From: Candidatus Saccharimonadota bacterium
Lineage (GTDB): Bacteria > Pseudomonadota > Gammaproteobacteria > Enterobacterales > Enterobacteriaceae
Assembly (NCBI RefSeq): GCF_000090965.1
Contig: NC_008513.1
Location: 120,001-152,000, forward strand
Length of the DNA: 32,000 bases
Reading direction: 5' to 3'
The notes beneath the pieces were generated by a model. That model was not told the DNA's origin. It did no database searches and worked only from the letters and a program-made list of their open reading frames with translations. Both the position numbers and the translations under genes were made by a program. Positions 1 through 10,296 of the stretch are shown in pieces (position 1 is the stretch's first letter; each line of letters begins with the position of its first letter).

Positions 1-404
1 TTATTTTAACTCGTAATTCAAATGGTTCCGAACGTTGTGTTGCATGCAATCTTTGTTCCGCGGTATGCCCGGTAAATTGTATTTCATTAAAAAAATCAGA
101 AGAAAAGAATGGTCGTTGGTATGCTAAATCTTTTCAAATAAATTTGTCTAGATGTATTTTTTGTGGATTATGTGAGGAAGCTTGTCCAACTATGGCGATA
201 CAATTGACTCCTGATATAGAATTAAGTGAATTTAAAAGAAAAGAATTGTTATATAAAAAAAAAAATTTACTATTTTCTGGTCCGGGAAAATTTTCAAAAT
301 ATGATTTTTATTCTATTTCAGGGGTTAATACAACGTATGATTTAAAAAAAAATCTTTCAAAAAAAATATCAAATTGTGTTGATGTAACTGATTTATTACC
401 ATAA
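1..404 (+). CDS. nuoI: NADH-quinone oxidoreductase subunit I (NuoI), 3' portion; the 5' end lies left of the window
   Basis: The frame is open from nt 3 to TAA at 402-404; the track shows only the part from an internal Met at 144. The translation carries two 4Fe-4S ferredoxin motifs ([12 protein letters not shown] and [12 protein letters not shown]) and a NuoI-type C-terminus (..SGPGKF..DLLP). It is followed by nuoJ-N in canonical order. Confidence 0.93.
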   Translation, partial: ILTRNSNGSERCVACNLCSAVCPVNCISLKKSEEKNGRWYAKSFQINLSRCIFCGLCEEACPTMAIQLTPDIELSEFKRKELLYKKKNLLFSGPGKFSKYDFYSISGVNTTYDLKKNLSKKISNCVDVTDLLP

Positions 405-420
405 TTAAGGATAATTTTTC

Positions 421-906
421 ATGGCAATCTCTTTTTGGTTATTTTCATTTTTAGCAGTTTTTTTTTCTATTTTAATAATGATTAGTATAAATTTAATTTA
501 TTCTTTAATATATTTAATATTATTAATATTTTCTATTGCTAGTATTTTTTGTGTATTAGGTCTTTCATTTATAGGTGTATTAGAGGTTATTATTTATGCT
601 GGAGCGATTACGGTTTTGTTTATTTTAATAGCAATTTTAATGCGACCTAAAAGATTTAGTAGGAATTTTTTTTTTAATAATTTAAAAAATTTTTTTTATT
701 TTTCTTCTCTTTTTTTTACTATATTAATTTTTTTTATATTTTTTATACAAATTAATAGTAATAAAGATAAATTTTTCTTTTATAAAAAATTTTTAATTCA
801 AGATATTTGTTTATGTTTATTTAATAAATATTTGTTTTTAATAGAATTTTCTTCATTATTATTATTATCTTCTGTATTATTAGTTTGTTTTTTTTTAAGA
901 AAATAA
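421..906 (+). CDS. nuoJ: NADH-quinone oxidoreductase subunit J (membrane subunit)
   Basis: 161-aa polytopic hydrophobic ORF. Its core GVLEVIIYAGAITVLFILIAILM matches the conserved NuoJ segment (E. coli ..EIIVYAGAIMVLFVFVVMML, from memory). An AAGGA Shine-Dalgarno lies at 407-411. The gene sits between nuoI and nuoK. Confidence 0.88.
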   Translation: MAISFWLFSFLAVFFSILIMISINLIYSLIYLILLIFSIASIFCVLGLSFIGVLEVIIYAGAITVLFILIAILMRPKRFSRNFFFNNLKNFFYFSSLFFTILIFFIFFIQINSNKDKFFFYKKFLIQDICLCLFNKYLFLIEFSSLLLLSSVLLVCFFLRK

Positions 907-941
907 TTTTTATATAATATTTAATAGGATAATATACAATT

Positions 942-1244
942 ATGTTGTCATTAAATTATGGATTTACCATATCAATTATTTTATTTTTTATAGGTATTAT
1001 TTCTTTATTAATACATAAAAATTTAATATTTATATTAGTTAGTTTAGAAGTATTAATAAATTCGATTATATTAGGATTTATATTAATAGGAAAATATTGG
1101 AAACAAATTGATTGTTGCGTTTTATATATTTTCATTGTTACCATAGCTACAGTAGAAGTTAGTGTAATGCTAGCAATTTTTTTAAGAATATATCAACGTT
1201 ATCATACATTAGATATATATAAATTAAGAGAGATTTCTAAATGA
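942..1244 (+). CDS. nuoK: NADH-quinone oxidoreductase subunit K
   Basis: 100 aa, the same length as E. coli NuoK, with three predicted TM helices and an LEVLINS motif (E. coli LEIMINA). Its TGA stop overlaps the nuoL start (ATGA at 1241-1244). Confidence 0.9.
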   Translation: MLSLNYGFTISIILFFIGIISLLIHKNLIFILVSLEVLINSIILGFILIGKYWKQIDCCVLYIFIVTIATVEVSVMLAIFLRIYQRYHTLDIYKLREISK

Positions 1245-3106
1245 ATTTAATTTTTTATATTGTTTTATTTCCATTATTAAGTTTTTTTTTATTGTTTTTT
1301 TTTCAGAATTTTTTTTCAAAAAAAAATATTTCAATGATTTGTATTTTTTCTCTTATAGTTTCGTTTGTTTTTTATTTATATGTTTTTTATAATTATTATA
1401 AAAATAATGTTTTTAAAGTTTTTTTTATTTCAGTATGTAATTGGATTACTTTAAATAATTATAATATTAAATTAAAATTCTTAATAGATATTTTTTCTTT
1501 AACTATGTTAGGAATATTACAATTAATAAGTTTATGTGTTTTTATTTTTTCATTATGGTATATGAAAAAATCTCAAGAATATAAAAAATATTTTTTATAT
1601 ATGAATCTATTTGTTTTTTTTATGATGATATTTTTATTAACTTCAAATTTTTTAAGTATGTTTTTTGTTTGGGAATTAGTCGGACTTTGTTCTTATTTAT
1701 TAATTGGTTTTTATTATAAAAAAAAAAAAAATGGATATGCAGCTATTAAATCATTTTTAATGACTAGAATAAGTGATTTATTTTTTTTGATTGCTATTTT
1801 TTTAATTTTTTTAAAATTTAATACACTAGATTTTTTTGTATTAAAATATTATTTAAAAGAAATTATTTTTTTAAATAATTATACTAATGATTTGTTTTGG
1901 ATTACTTTTTTTTTAACAATTGCAGTAATAGGTAAATCAGCACAAGTTCCTCTTCATACTTGGTTAACAGGAGCTATGGTAGGTCCAACTCCAGCTTCAG
2001 CATTAATTCATGCAGCTACTATGGTAACTATGGGTATTTATTTAATTATTCGTGTAAATTTTTTATTTTTTTCTTGCATAGAAATAATGAAATTATTTCT
2101 TATAATAGGTAGTATTACAATTTTAATATCAAGTATTTCAGCTATTTATGAAAAAAATATTAAATGTATTTTAGCATATTCTACTATGAGTCAAATTGGT
2201 TATATGTTATTAGCATTAGGAACAAAAAATATTTTTGGTGCTTTTTTTCATTTAATTATTCATGCATTTTTTAAATCTTTATTATTTTTATCTGCTGGAT
2301 CTATTATAAAGTATACAAATAATGAATTTAATATTTTTAAGATGGGTTGTAGATATCAAGAAGTACCTTTTTTATATATCTTATTTTTAATATGTTGTTT
2401 TTCTTTAATGTCTTTTCCTTTAATTACTTCGGGTTATTATAGTAAAAAAAACATTTTATTTTATATTTATAATCAAAAAAATTATTTAGTTTTATTCATG
2501 TTTTTTTTAGGAGTATTTTTTACATCAATATATTCTATGAGAATGATATTTGTTATTTTTCATAATATTAATAAAAAAAAATATTTATATATAAAAAAAA
2601 ATTTTTTTTATAATTTTTCTTTATTTGTATTGTTTTTAGGATGTACTCCACTTACTTGGTATTTATTTTATAATATTTTTTCTAAGTATTTTATTTTATC
2701 TAACCATATTTGTGCTGAATCTTTATATATTGAATATATTTCTTTTTGTTGTTCGTTATTAGGATTAATCTATTCATATTTTATGTATTATAAAAAAGAT
2801 TTTTCTTCAAAGAATAATTTCTTTAAAAGTATTTTTTATCCAATATATATTTTAATAAATAATTCTTGGTATTTTGATATTTTTTATTTTTATATTTTTA
2901 TTCAATCATACTGTAATATATCTCAATATATAAATAATAAAAATTTTTTTTATATAGAAAATTTCTTTTTAAATAAAAAAAAATTTTTTAAAAAAAAAAT
3001 ATTTAAAATTAATATTGTTGATATTGTATATCATATTAGATGGTATATTTTTTGTTTATTTTCAGTTTTATTAATTATTTTTATAAATATAAATTATTAT
3101 TATTAA
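1241..3106 (+). CDS. nuoL: NADH-quinone oxidoreductase subunit L (antiporter-like subunit)
   Basis: 621 aa. Conserved blocks WELVGLCSYLLIGFYY, GKSAQVPLHTWL, GPTPASALIHAATMV, AYSTMSQIGYM and NIFKMG match E. coli NuoL almost residue for residue. Confidence 0.93.
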   Translation: MNLIFYIVLFPLLSFFLLFFFQNFFSKKNISMICIFSLIVSFVFYLYVFYNYYKNNVFKVFFISVCNWITLNNYNIKLKFLIDIFSLTMLGILQLISLCVFIFSLWYMKKSQEYKKYFLYMNLFVFFMMIFLLTSNFLSMFFVWELVGLCSYLLIGFYYKKKKNGYAAIKSFLMTRISDLFFLIAIFLIFLKFNTLDFFVLKYYLKEIIFLNNYTNDLFWITFFLTIAVIGKSAQVPLHTWLTGAMVGPTPASALIHAATMVTMGIYLIIRVNFLFFSCIEIMKLFLIIGSITILISSISAIYEKNIKCILAYSTMSQIGYMLLALGTKNIFGAFFHLIIHAFFKSLLFLSAGSIIKYTNNEFNIFKMGCRYQEVPFLYILFLICCFSLMSFPLITSGYYSKKNILFYIYNQKNYLVLFMFFLGVFFTSIYSMRMIFVIFHNINKKKYLYIKKNFFYNFSLFVLFLGCTPLTWYLFYNIFSKYFILSNHICAESLYIEYISFCCSLLGLIYSYFMYYKKDFSSKNNFFKSIFYPIYILINNSWYFDIFYFYIFIQSYCNISQYINNKNFFYIENFFLNKKKFFKKKIFKINIVDIVYHIRWYIFCLFSVLLIIFININYYY

Positions 3107-3144
3107 TATTTTATTAATTATATTTAATAAGGATTATATATTAT

Positions 3145-4650
3145 ATGATATTACTTATATTAGTTTTAATACCTATTTTTGGTGCGATATTATCATGTTT
3201 AATGTTTTTTATAGACAAAAAATTTCCTCGTTATATAGCTAGTATTACTATGATTATTTGCCTATCGATTTCATTGTTTTTTTGCTGGTATTTTTATAAT
3301 AATTTAGATAAAAGTTTTGTAATTTCGTCATTTTTTTTTTATTTTTCACAAAATGTGGTTTTCTAAATATGGAATTTCTATCTATTTAGGTTAGATAGAT
3401 TATCATTATTAATGATTGTTTTAACTTCTATATTTGGTCTATTTTCAGTTTTTTGTGAATGGCATTCTAAACAAAAAAATTCTGGAATTTTTTATTCTTT
3501 TTTATTATTAATAATTTCAGGTATGTTTGGAATTTTTTTATCTTTAGATTTATTTTTATTTTTTTTATTCTGGGAAATGATTTTAATTCCATTATATTTT
3601 TTAATTGTTTTCTGGGGAAATATTAATAAAAATAAAAAAAATAATATTTTTATTGCTCATAAATTTTTTATATATTCTCAATTATCAGGATGTATGTTAT
3701 TATTTTTTATTATTAATTTAGTTTGCTGTCATTATAATTATTCAAAAATTTGGACATTTGATTATTTTCTTTTAAAAAATACTCCTGTTTCTTTATTTAC
3801 AGAATTTTTTTTGATGTTTTTTTTATTATTGTCTTTTATTATAAAAATTCCATTAATTCCATTTCACAGTTGGTTACCTGATGTTCAAGAATGTTTACCT
3901 ACTACTAATTCTATTGATTTAATTGGAATTTTATTAAAACCAGCAATATATGGAATATTAAGATTTAATTTAATTTTTTTTCCTCATTCATCTTATTTAT
4001 TTTCTCGTTTTTTTATGATATTCGGTTTATTATCTACATTATATGGTTCAATAATGGCTTTTTCTCAAAAAAATATAAAAAAATTTATTGCTTATTCTTC
4101 TATTTCAAGCATGGGTATTATTTTTTCCTCTATATATAGTTTTAATTTTTTTTCACATCAAGGTATTATTTTATACTTATTTTCTTATTGTATTTCTACT
4201 GCAGCATTATTAATAATTATTGGAAAAATTTTTAGTCATATTTATACACAAAAAATTTTTAAAATGGGAGGATTATGGAATTATATGAGATTTATCCCAT
4301 CATTTTTTTTGTTTTTTATTTTTTCAAATTTAAATATTCCTATGTCAGGAAATTTTGGTGGTGAATTTATGATGTTATTTGGAATTTTTTCATCATTTCC
4401 TTTTTTAGGTTATTTTTTTATTTTGAATTTATTTTTTTCTTCTATTTATTCATTAGTAACGATACAGAAAGTATGTTATGGTTTAAATAATAATTTTTTT
4501 ATTAAACATGAATTAAGTTTTTTTGATTTTTTTATCTTGTTTTTTTTAGTTTTTATGATTTTTTTTCTAGGTTTATATCCTAGTTTAATTTTAAATTTTT
4601 CTTTTAATATTCAAAAAAATATATTTCAACATTATATATTTATAAAATAA
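3145..4650 (+). pseudogene. nuoM: NADH-quinone oxidoreductase subunit M, reading frame interrupted. Track ORFs 3145-3366 and 3412-4650 are two pieces of one gene. It may be a pseudogene, or an intact gene with homopolymer or assembly errors.
   Basis: The N-terminus MILLILVLIPIFGAILSC aligns with E. coli MLLPWLILIPFIGGFLCW. The downstream piece carries FLFFLFWEMILIPLYFLI, PLIPFHSWLPD, IDLIGILLKPAIYGILRF and FKMGGLW, all NuoM blocks. Between 3341 and 3391 the conserved peptide (MWFSKYGISIYLG) is in frame 2, while both flanks are in frame 1. Frame 1 hits TAA at 3364-3366 and frame 2 hits TAG at 3392-3394. Confidence 0.85.
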
Positions 4651-4665
4651 TTAGGTAATAAAAAT

Positions 4666-6111
4666 ATGATTAGATTATTTAATGATATTATTCCTATTTT
4701 TCCTATTTTAATGTTAATTTTTTCAATTATAATTCTGTTTTTTATTCTTAATAATAAGAATAAGGTAAAATCTGGTTGTATTGTTACTACAATAAGTATT
4801 TTTTTTTCAATAATATATATTTTATATATAAAAAGGTTTTTTTTTAATTATTCTTCAGATTTAATTCGAATTGATCAATATTCTTTTTATTTTATGATTT
4901 TATTATTAATTTCTAGTTTTTTTACATGTATATTTTCATATTCTTGGTTATTACTAGAAGATAACTATTCGATTGAATTTTATTTTTTTGTTTTATTATC
5001 TACAATAGGTGGTATGTTAATAATTATATCCAATCATTTTCTTTCTTTATTTTTAGGAATAGAGTTATTATTTCTTCCAATTTTAGGAATATTAAATTTT
5101 TTTTCTAATTCAAGAAAAAATTTGTTTTCTATTGTAAATTATATGATTTTATCTGTTTTTTCATCAGCTTTATTATTATTAGGTGTTTCTTTTATATATT
5201 TTGTTTCTGGAAGATTATCATTTTCTTTTTTTCCTTTAATATTTATGTATTATCCGTCAATTATTTTGAATAGTATGATGATATTTGGTATATGTATGAT
5301 ATTATTATCTCTTTTTTTTAAATTATCACTTTTTCCTTTACATACTTGGTCTCCAAATATTTATCAGTATTCTAATCCTTGCTCTCTTATTTTTTTTTCA
5401 ACTGCTGTTAAAATTTCTATTTTTTCTTTTTTATTACGTTTTTTAAATTTTTTTCCTTATATTTATAAAATAAAATCTATATATTATATTATATATCTTA
5501 TATCTATGTTTTCTGTTTTTTTTGGAAATATTATTGGAATTATACAAAATAATGTACAAAGATTGATTGGATATTTATCTATTTCTAATATTGGATTCTT
5601 ATTAATTATTATAATTACTCAATCATATTCATTTGTTTTTTTAAATAAATTATTTATAATTTATTTATTTATTTATATATTTGGATTAATTGGTTTTTTT
5701 AGTATTAAAAGTATTATTGATATAAATTTTATTGAACGAAAAAATAATTTATTAAAAGAAAACTCTTTAATTGGTTTGTTTTGGTATAATCCTATATTAG
5801 GCATTTTAATGTCTATAATTTTGTTATCTTTATCAGGTTTTCCTATTACCTTAGGTTTTTGGGGAAAATTTTTTATTTTTAAACATTTAATTCAAAAAAA
5901 ATTTTTTATAACAACTTTATTAATTATGTTAAGTAATATAGTTGGTATGCAAAATTATTTATATATTATTAGAAGTTTATATATCAAACCTATTAAATTT
6001 TCGAATACGAGTTTAGTAAATAATTTATATATTTCAATATTACAAAAATTTTTACTAATTAGTATCGGTTTTTTATTTGTAATATTAGGATTTTTTCCAT
6101 ATATTTTTTAA
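4666..6111 (+). CDS. nuoN: NADH-quinone oxidoreductase subunit N
   Basis: 481 aa. [30 protein letters not shown] and [14 protein letters not shown] correspond to E. coli NuoN FLGIELISLPLFG, FKLSLVPFHLWTPDVYQ and KRLLGYSSISHLGY. It is the last gene of the nuo cluster. Confidence 0.9.
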
Positions 6112-6146
6112 ATATTTATTAAATTTTAAAATTATCTTTATAATAT

Positions 6147-6170
6147 AATGTTGGAATATTTTCCAACATT
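6147..6170. terminator. Hairpin between convergent nuoN and prs, a probable intrinsic terminator (best context for nuoN)
   Basis: Perfect 10-bp stem AATGTTGGAA / TTCCAACATT (3 G:C pairs) with a 4-nt loop TATT. It is followed on the + strand by T-rich TATTATTT and lies 36 nt after the nuoN stop. Confidence 0.5.
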
Positions 6171-6198
6171 TATTATTTAACATTTTGAAATGATGTTA

Positions 6199-7152
6199 TT
6201 ATAACAATAAATTAAACATCTCAGAAATAGATTCTTCGTTATTAATTCTTCTAATTGCTTCAGCTAATATTTTGGAAACTGATATTATATATATTTTTTT
6301 AAGATTTTGAATCTTATTTGATAAAGGAATAGTATCACAAATGATAATATTATCAATATATGATTTTTTAAGATTTTTTTCTGCCTGTCCTGAAAAAATT
6401 GGATGTGTAGCATATGCAAAAATTCGATTTGCTCCATTTTTTTTAAGTGCTTTTGCTGCATTATATAAAGTAGTTCCTGTATCAATAATATCATCTATTA
6501 GAATACAATCTCGGTTTTTTACTTTTCCAATAATATTCATAACTTGAGATTTATTTGCACTAGGTCGACGTTTATCAATAATTGCTATTTCTGAATCAAA
6601 TAATAATTTTGCTATTTCTCTTGTTCTAATAATTCCTCCAATATCTGGAGATACAAAAATAGGATTAAAAAATTTATATTCTAATAAATTTTTTAATAAT
6701 ATTGTACTACTAGAAATATTATCTATAGGAATATTAAAAAAACCTTGAATTTGTTCAGAATGTAAATCAATAGTTAAAATACGATTTACTCCTACATTTG
6801 ATAAAAAGTCAGCAATTACTTTAGCTGTAATTGGTACTCTTGATGATCGTATTCTTCTATCTTGTCTAGCATAACCAAAATATGGAATTACCGCAGTAAT
6901 TCTTCCTGCAGATGCTCTTCTAAGTGCATCTATCATGATAATTAATTCCATAAAATTATCATTTGTTGGAGAACAAGTAGATTGAATTAAAAATACATCA
7001 GATCCTCTAATGTTTTCATTAATTTGTACACTAATTTCACCATCACTAAATTTGCTAACTGTTGCATTCCCTAAATCAATTTTTAATTGATTAGCAATTT
7101 TTTTCGCTAAAGTTAATACAGAATTTCCAGAGAATAACTTAATTTTTTCCAT
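6199..7152 (-). CDS. prs: Ribose-phosphate pyrophosphokinase (PRPP synthetase)
   Basis: 317 aa, near-colinear with E. coli Prs. Shared blocks include [44 protein letters not shown], the PRPP-binding loop [12 protein letters not shown], and the C-terminus [16 protein letters not shown]. Confidence 0.96.
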   Translation of the reverse strand: MEKIKLFSGNSVLTLAKKIANQLKIDLGNATVSKFSDGEISVQINENIRGSDVFLIQSTCSPTNDNFMELIIMIDALRRASAGRITAVIPYFGYARQDRRIRSSRVPITAKVIADFLSNVGVNRILTIDLHSEQIQGFFNIPIDNISSSTILLKNLLEYKFFNPIFVSPDIGGIIRTREIAKLLFDSEIAIIDKRRPSANKSQVMNIIGKVKNRDCILIDDIIDTGTTLYNAAKALKKNGANRIFAYATHPIFSGQAEKNLKKSYIDNIIICDTIPLSNKIQNLKKIYIISVSKILAEAIRRINNEESISEMFNLLL

Positions 7153-7419
7153 TTTTACCTTTTAATAAAATATATGAGATTAATTTATTAAGATATATTT
7201 TATTATATAGAAAATATAAATATTTCAAATAATTTTATAAAAAAAGTTTTTTAATAATTTAAATAAAAGAAAAACTTTTTTTTTATATATTTAATATTTT
7301 ATTAAAAAATAAATTTTTATGTATATTTTTAATAGTTTATTTTTTTTTTTATTTTTTGATTATAATATAATTTAATGAATTTTAAATAATATTTTAAAGT
7401 AATAAATAGGTTTATTTTT

Positions 7420-8493
7420 ATGAAAAAATCAATAGTTAATAAGTTAAAATCTTTAAAAAAGAGATATATTCAATTAGAAAAATTATTGTCTAATAATTAT
7501 TCAAAATTTGATAAGAGAGAATTTTCTAAACTTTCTAAAGAAAAAGCAAATTTATATGATTTATATAAAGAATTTATGTCTTGGTTATCTATTAAATCTG
7601 AGATTAAAGATATTCAGTTATTATTAAATGATTTAGATCTTTCTACTTTAGCTCAGGAAGAATTATTAATTGCTTTAAAAAGAAAGAAAGAAATAGAGAA
7701 GAAAATTAAAATGTTATTAATTCCTATTGATCCTTATGATAAAAATAGTTGTTTTATTGAAATTCGAGCAGCAACTGGTGGACATGAAGCAGCTATTTTT
7801 TCTGGAGATTTATGTAAAATGTATATGAAATACGCTGATTTCAAATCTTGGAAAGTAGATATTATTAATATGCATGAAGGTGAAAAAGGTGGATATAAAG
7901 AAATTATTTTAAAAGTAATTGGAATTGGTGCTTGTGGAAGATTAAAATTTGAATCTGGTGGTCATAGAGTACAGCGTGTTCCTCAAACAGAATCTCAAGG
8001 TCGTGTACATACTTCAGCATGTACAGTCGCAATTATGCCAGAAGTTCCTAAATCAAAAAGAATTATTTTAAATACTTCTGATTTAAAAATTGATACTTTT
8101 CGTTCATCTGGAGCTGGTGGTCAACATGTTAATACAACAGATTCAGCAGTGCGAATTACACATTTACCAACAGGTTGTGTAGTAGAATGTCAAGATGAAA
8201 GATCACAGCATAAAAATAAAGAAAAAGCTTTATCAGTATTATCAGCAAAGATTTATTCTAAAATGAATGCAGAAAAAAAATTAAAAAATTCTTTAATGAG
8301 AAAAAGTTTACTTGGAACTGGAGAAAGATCTGATAGAAATAGAACATATAATTTTTCACAAAATAGAGTTACTGATCATCGTATTAATTTAACTATATAT
8401 CGTTTAAATGAAGTTTTGTTAGGAAAATTAGATTTATTAATTGAACCATTATTACAAGAGCATCAAGCAGATTTATTATCAATAATAGATTAA
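7420..8493 (+). CDS. prfA: Peptide chain release factor 1
   Basis: 357 aa. It has the GGQ motif ([23 protein letters not shown]) and an RF1-type tripeptide region [26 protein letters not shown] (PxT motif, here PQT). prmC follows, as in enterobacteria. Confidence 0.96.
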
Positions 8494-8515
8494 AATAATA
8501 GTGATATATAAAACA

Positions 8516-9349
8516 ATGAATATTATAACTTGGTTATCATATGCTAGAAAAAAATTATCTAATAGTTTAACAGCTAAATTAGATTCTGAAGTATTATTAT
8601 GTTTTGTATTAAAAATTTCAAAAAAAGATTTATTTTATAAAAATAAGAAAAAAATAAAAATAAAATATTTATTAATTTTAAATAATTTTTTATTTCGTAG
8701 AGTTTTAGGAGAACCTATAGCATATATTATAAAAAAAAAAGAATTTTGGTCATTATCTTTATTTGTTTCTTCTTATGTATTAATTCCCAGACCAGAAACA
8801 GAAATTTTAGTAGAACAAGTGTTATTGAAAGTTTCTTCTACTAAAAATTCTATTTTAGAATTAGGTACCGGAAGTGGCGCTATATCTTTAGCATTAGCTT
8901 CTGAAAATTCTCAATTAAAAATAATTGGAACAGATATTAGCTTATATGCATTATTAATAGCTAAATATAATGCTGATAAATTAAATTTAAATAATGTTAA
9001 GTTTATTTATAGTAATTGGTTTCAAAATATACCAATAAAAAAATTTCATATTATTGTATGTAATCCACCTTATTTGTCAAGAAAAGATTTTAAAAATTCT
9101 TGTTCTAACATTTCTTTTGAACCGTATTCAGCATTAGTTTCTGGAAACAGTGGAATTGAATGTATTGAATATATTATAAAAAATTCGTTTCAATATTTTG
9201 TTTCTTCAGGATGGTTGTATATTGAACATTGTTACAAGCAAACTAAATTAGTACATAATATTTTTAAAAACAATTTTTTTATTAACATTGTATCTGTAAA
9301 AGATTATTCTAATAGAAATAGAATTACTTATGGTTATTTAAATAAATAA
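8516..9349 (+). CDS. prmC: Release-factor glutamine N5-methyltransferase (PrmC/HemK)
   Basis: SAM-binding GTGSGAISLALA and catalytic NPPY (CNPPYL) are present, along with GEPIAYIIKKKEFWSL (E. coli GEPIAHLTGVREFWSL). The track ORF starts at GTG 8501. ATG 8516 gives MNIITWL.., which matches the E. coli N-terminal spacing (MEYQHWL), so it is preferred. Confidence 0.9.
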   Translation: MNIITWLSYARKKLSNSLTAKLDSEVLLCFVLKISKKDLFYKNKKKIKIKYLLILNNFLFRRVLGEPIAYIIKKKEFWSLSLFVSSYVLIPRPETEILVEQVLLKVSSTKNSILELGTGSGAISLALASENSQLKIIGTDISLYALLIAKYNADKLNLNNVKFIYSNWFQNIPIKKFHIIVCNPPYLSRKDFKNSCSNISFEPYSALVSGNSGIECIEYIIKNSFQYFVSSGWLYIEHCYKQTKLVHNIFKNNFFINIVSVKDYSNRNRITYGYLNK

Positions 9350-9387
9350 GAATAATGTTATTTATATTAATTTTTTAAGGATTATTT

Positions 9388-10197
9388 ATGATGGATTTAA
9401 AAGATATTGTTTCATCTGATTTACCATTATTTGAAATTTTTATAAAGATAATGGAAAAAATTCGTTTTGATTTTTTAGGAGAAAAAATAATTAGTTTATG
9501 TAAAAAAAAAATACAAGAATTTTCATTAATTATTTCTAATAAATTATCTAAAATAGATCAATTAAAAAAATTGTTGTTTTTATTTTATAAACAATGGAAT
9601 TTTGGTATTTTAAATAAAAAATATAAATTATCTAATATGTTATGGTTAGATAAAGTTTTTATTCATAAAATAGGATGTTCTTTTTCTTTAGGGATTATTT
9701 TAATGTATATTGCTAATCAATTAAAATTATTTATGTTACCAATAATTTTTCCTACTCAATTAATTTTGAAATTTGTTGATTTAGAAAAGAAAATTTTTTA
9801 TATTAATCCTACAAATGGAGAATTTTTAAATAAAAATATTTTGAAGAAATGGTTACAAGGTAATATTAGTCCGATGTCTAAATTAGATAAAAAAGATTTG
9901 TATGAAGCTAATTCTTTAGAAATTATAAAAAAAGTTTTAGACTTATTAAAAATTTCTTTAATTGAAGAAAAAAATATAGAATTAGCTTTAAATGTTAGTA
10001 ATATTTTATTAAAATTAAAGCCTAAAGATCCTTATGAAATAAGAGATAGAGGATTAATTTTTTCTCAATTAAATTGTTTTCATATAGCTATTCCAGATTT
10101 AATATATTTTGTTGAACAATGTCCTGAAGATCCTATTAGTGATATTATTAAAATGCAAATTCATACAATTAAACAAAAAAAAATTGTTTTTCATTAA
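9388..10197 (+). CDS. sirB1: SirB1/YchA family protein (transglutaminase-like/TPR protein of unknown function)
   Basis: 269 aa, the same length as E. coli SirB1 as I recall. IFPTQLILK, DPYEIRDRGLI and the C-terminal FVEQCPEDPISDII match my recollection of E. coli YchA (IFPTQLILR, DPYEIRDRGLI, FVEQCPEDPISEMI). It sits immediately after prfA-prmC, as in E. coli. An AAGGA SD precedes the ATG. Confidence 0.75.
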   Translation: MMDLKDIVSSDLPLFEIFIKIMEKIRFDFLGEKIISLCKKKIQEFSLIISNKLSKIDQLKKLLFLFYKQWNFGILNKKYKLSNMLWLDKVFIHKIGCSFSLGIILMYIANQLKLFMLPIIFPTQLILKFVDLEKKIFYINPTNGEFLNKNILKKWLQGNISPMSKLDKKDLYEANSLEIIKKVLDLLKISLIEEKNIELALNVSNILLKLKPKDPYEIRDRGLIFSQLNCFHIAIPDLIYFVEQCPEDPISDIIKMQIHTIKQKKIVFH

Positions 10198-10296
10198 TAT
10201 TTATTAATATGATTTTATTTTAAAATATTAATATAATATTTATTATAAATTTTATTTACTATTTTTCTACTTCCTTCTATATTTTTAGAGATATTT

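Noticed and set aside
956-1144. 62-aa minus-strand ORF inside nuoK
   Set aside because: It is an antisense shadow ORF fully inside a well-supported CDS. It is a low-complexity Ile/Asn/Lys product with no motif. Stop-poor antisense frames are expected at this composition.
3145-3366. Treating 3145-3366 (73 aa) and 3412-4650 (412 aa) as two independent genes
   Set aside because: Both pieces align colinearly to one protein (NuoM), and the missing conserved peptide is present in another frame between them. They are one interrupted gene.
6285-6547. 69-aa (-) and 68-aa (+) ORFs inside prs
   Set aside because: They are alternative-frame or antisense ORFs within the strongly conserved prs CDS and have no recognisable similarity.
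7984-7992. RF1 tripeptide reads PQT instead of the E. coli PAT, as a hint of altered stop-codon recognition
   Set aside because: The motif is defined as PxT with a variable middle residue. Pro and Thr are intact, and the surrounding sequence is highly conserved. This is not evidence for reassignment, and TGA and TAA are used as stops here.
10198-10296. All-A/T palindromes (for example AAATATTA-ATA-TAATATTT after sirB1; AAAAATATTTTT after ssrA; T10A9 at 26441-26459) as terminators
   Set aside because: A/T-only stems of 4-8 bp occur everywhere in this composition and would be thermodynamically marginal. I listed only hairpins with longer stems and/or G:C pairs in convergent gaps.
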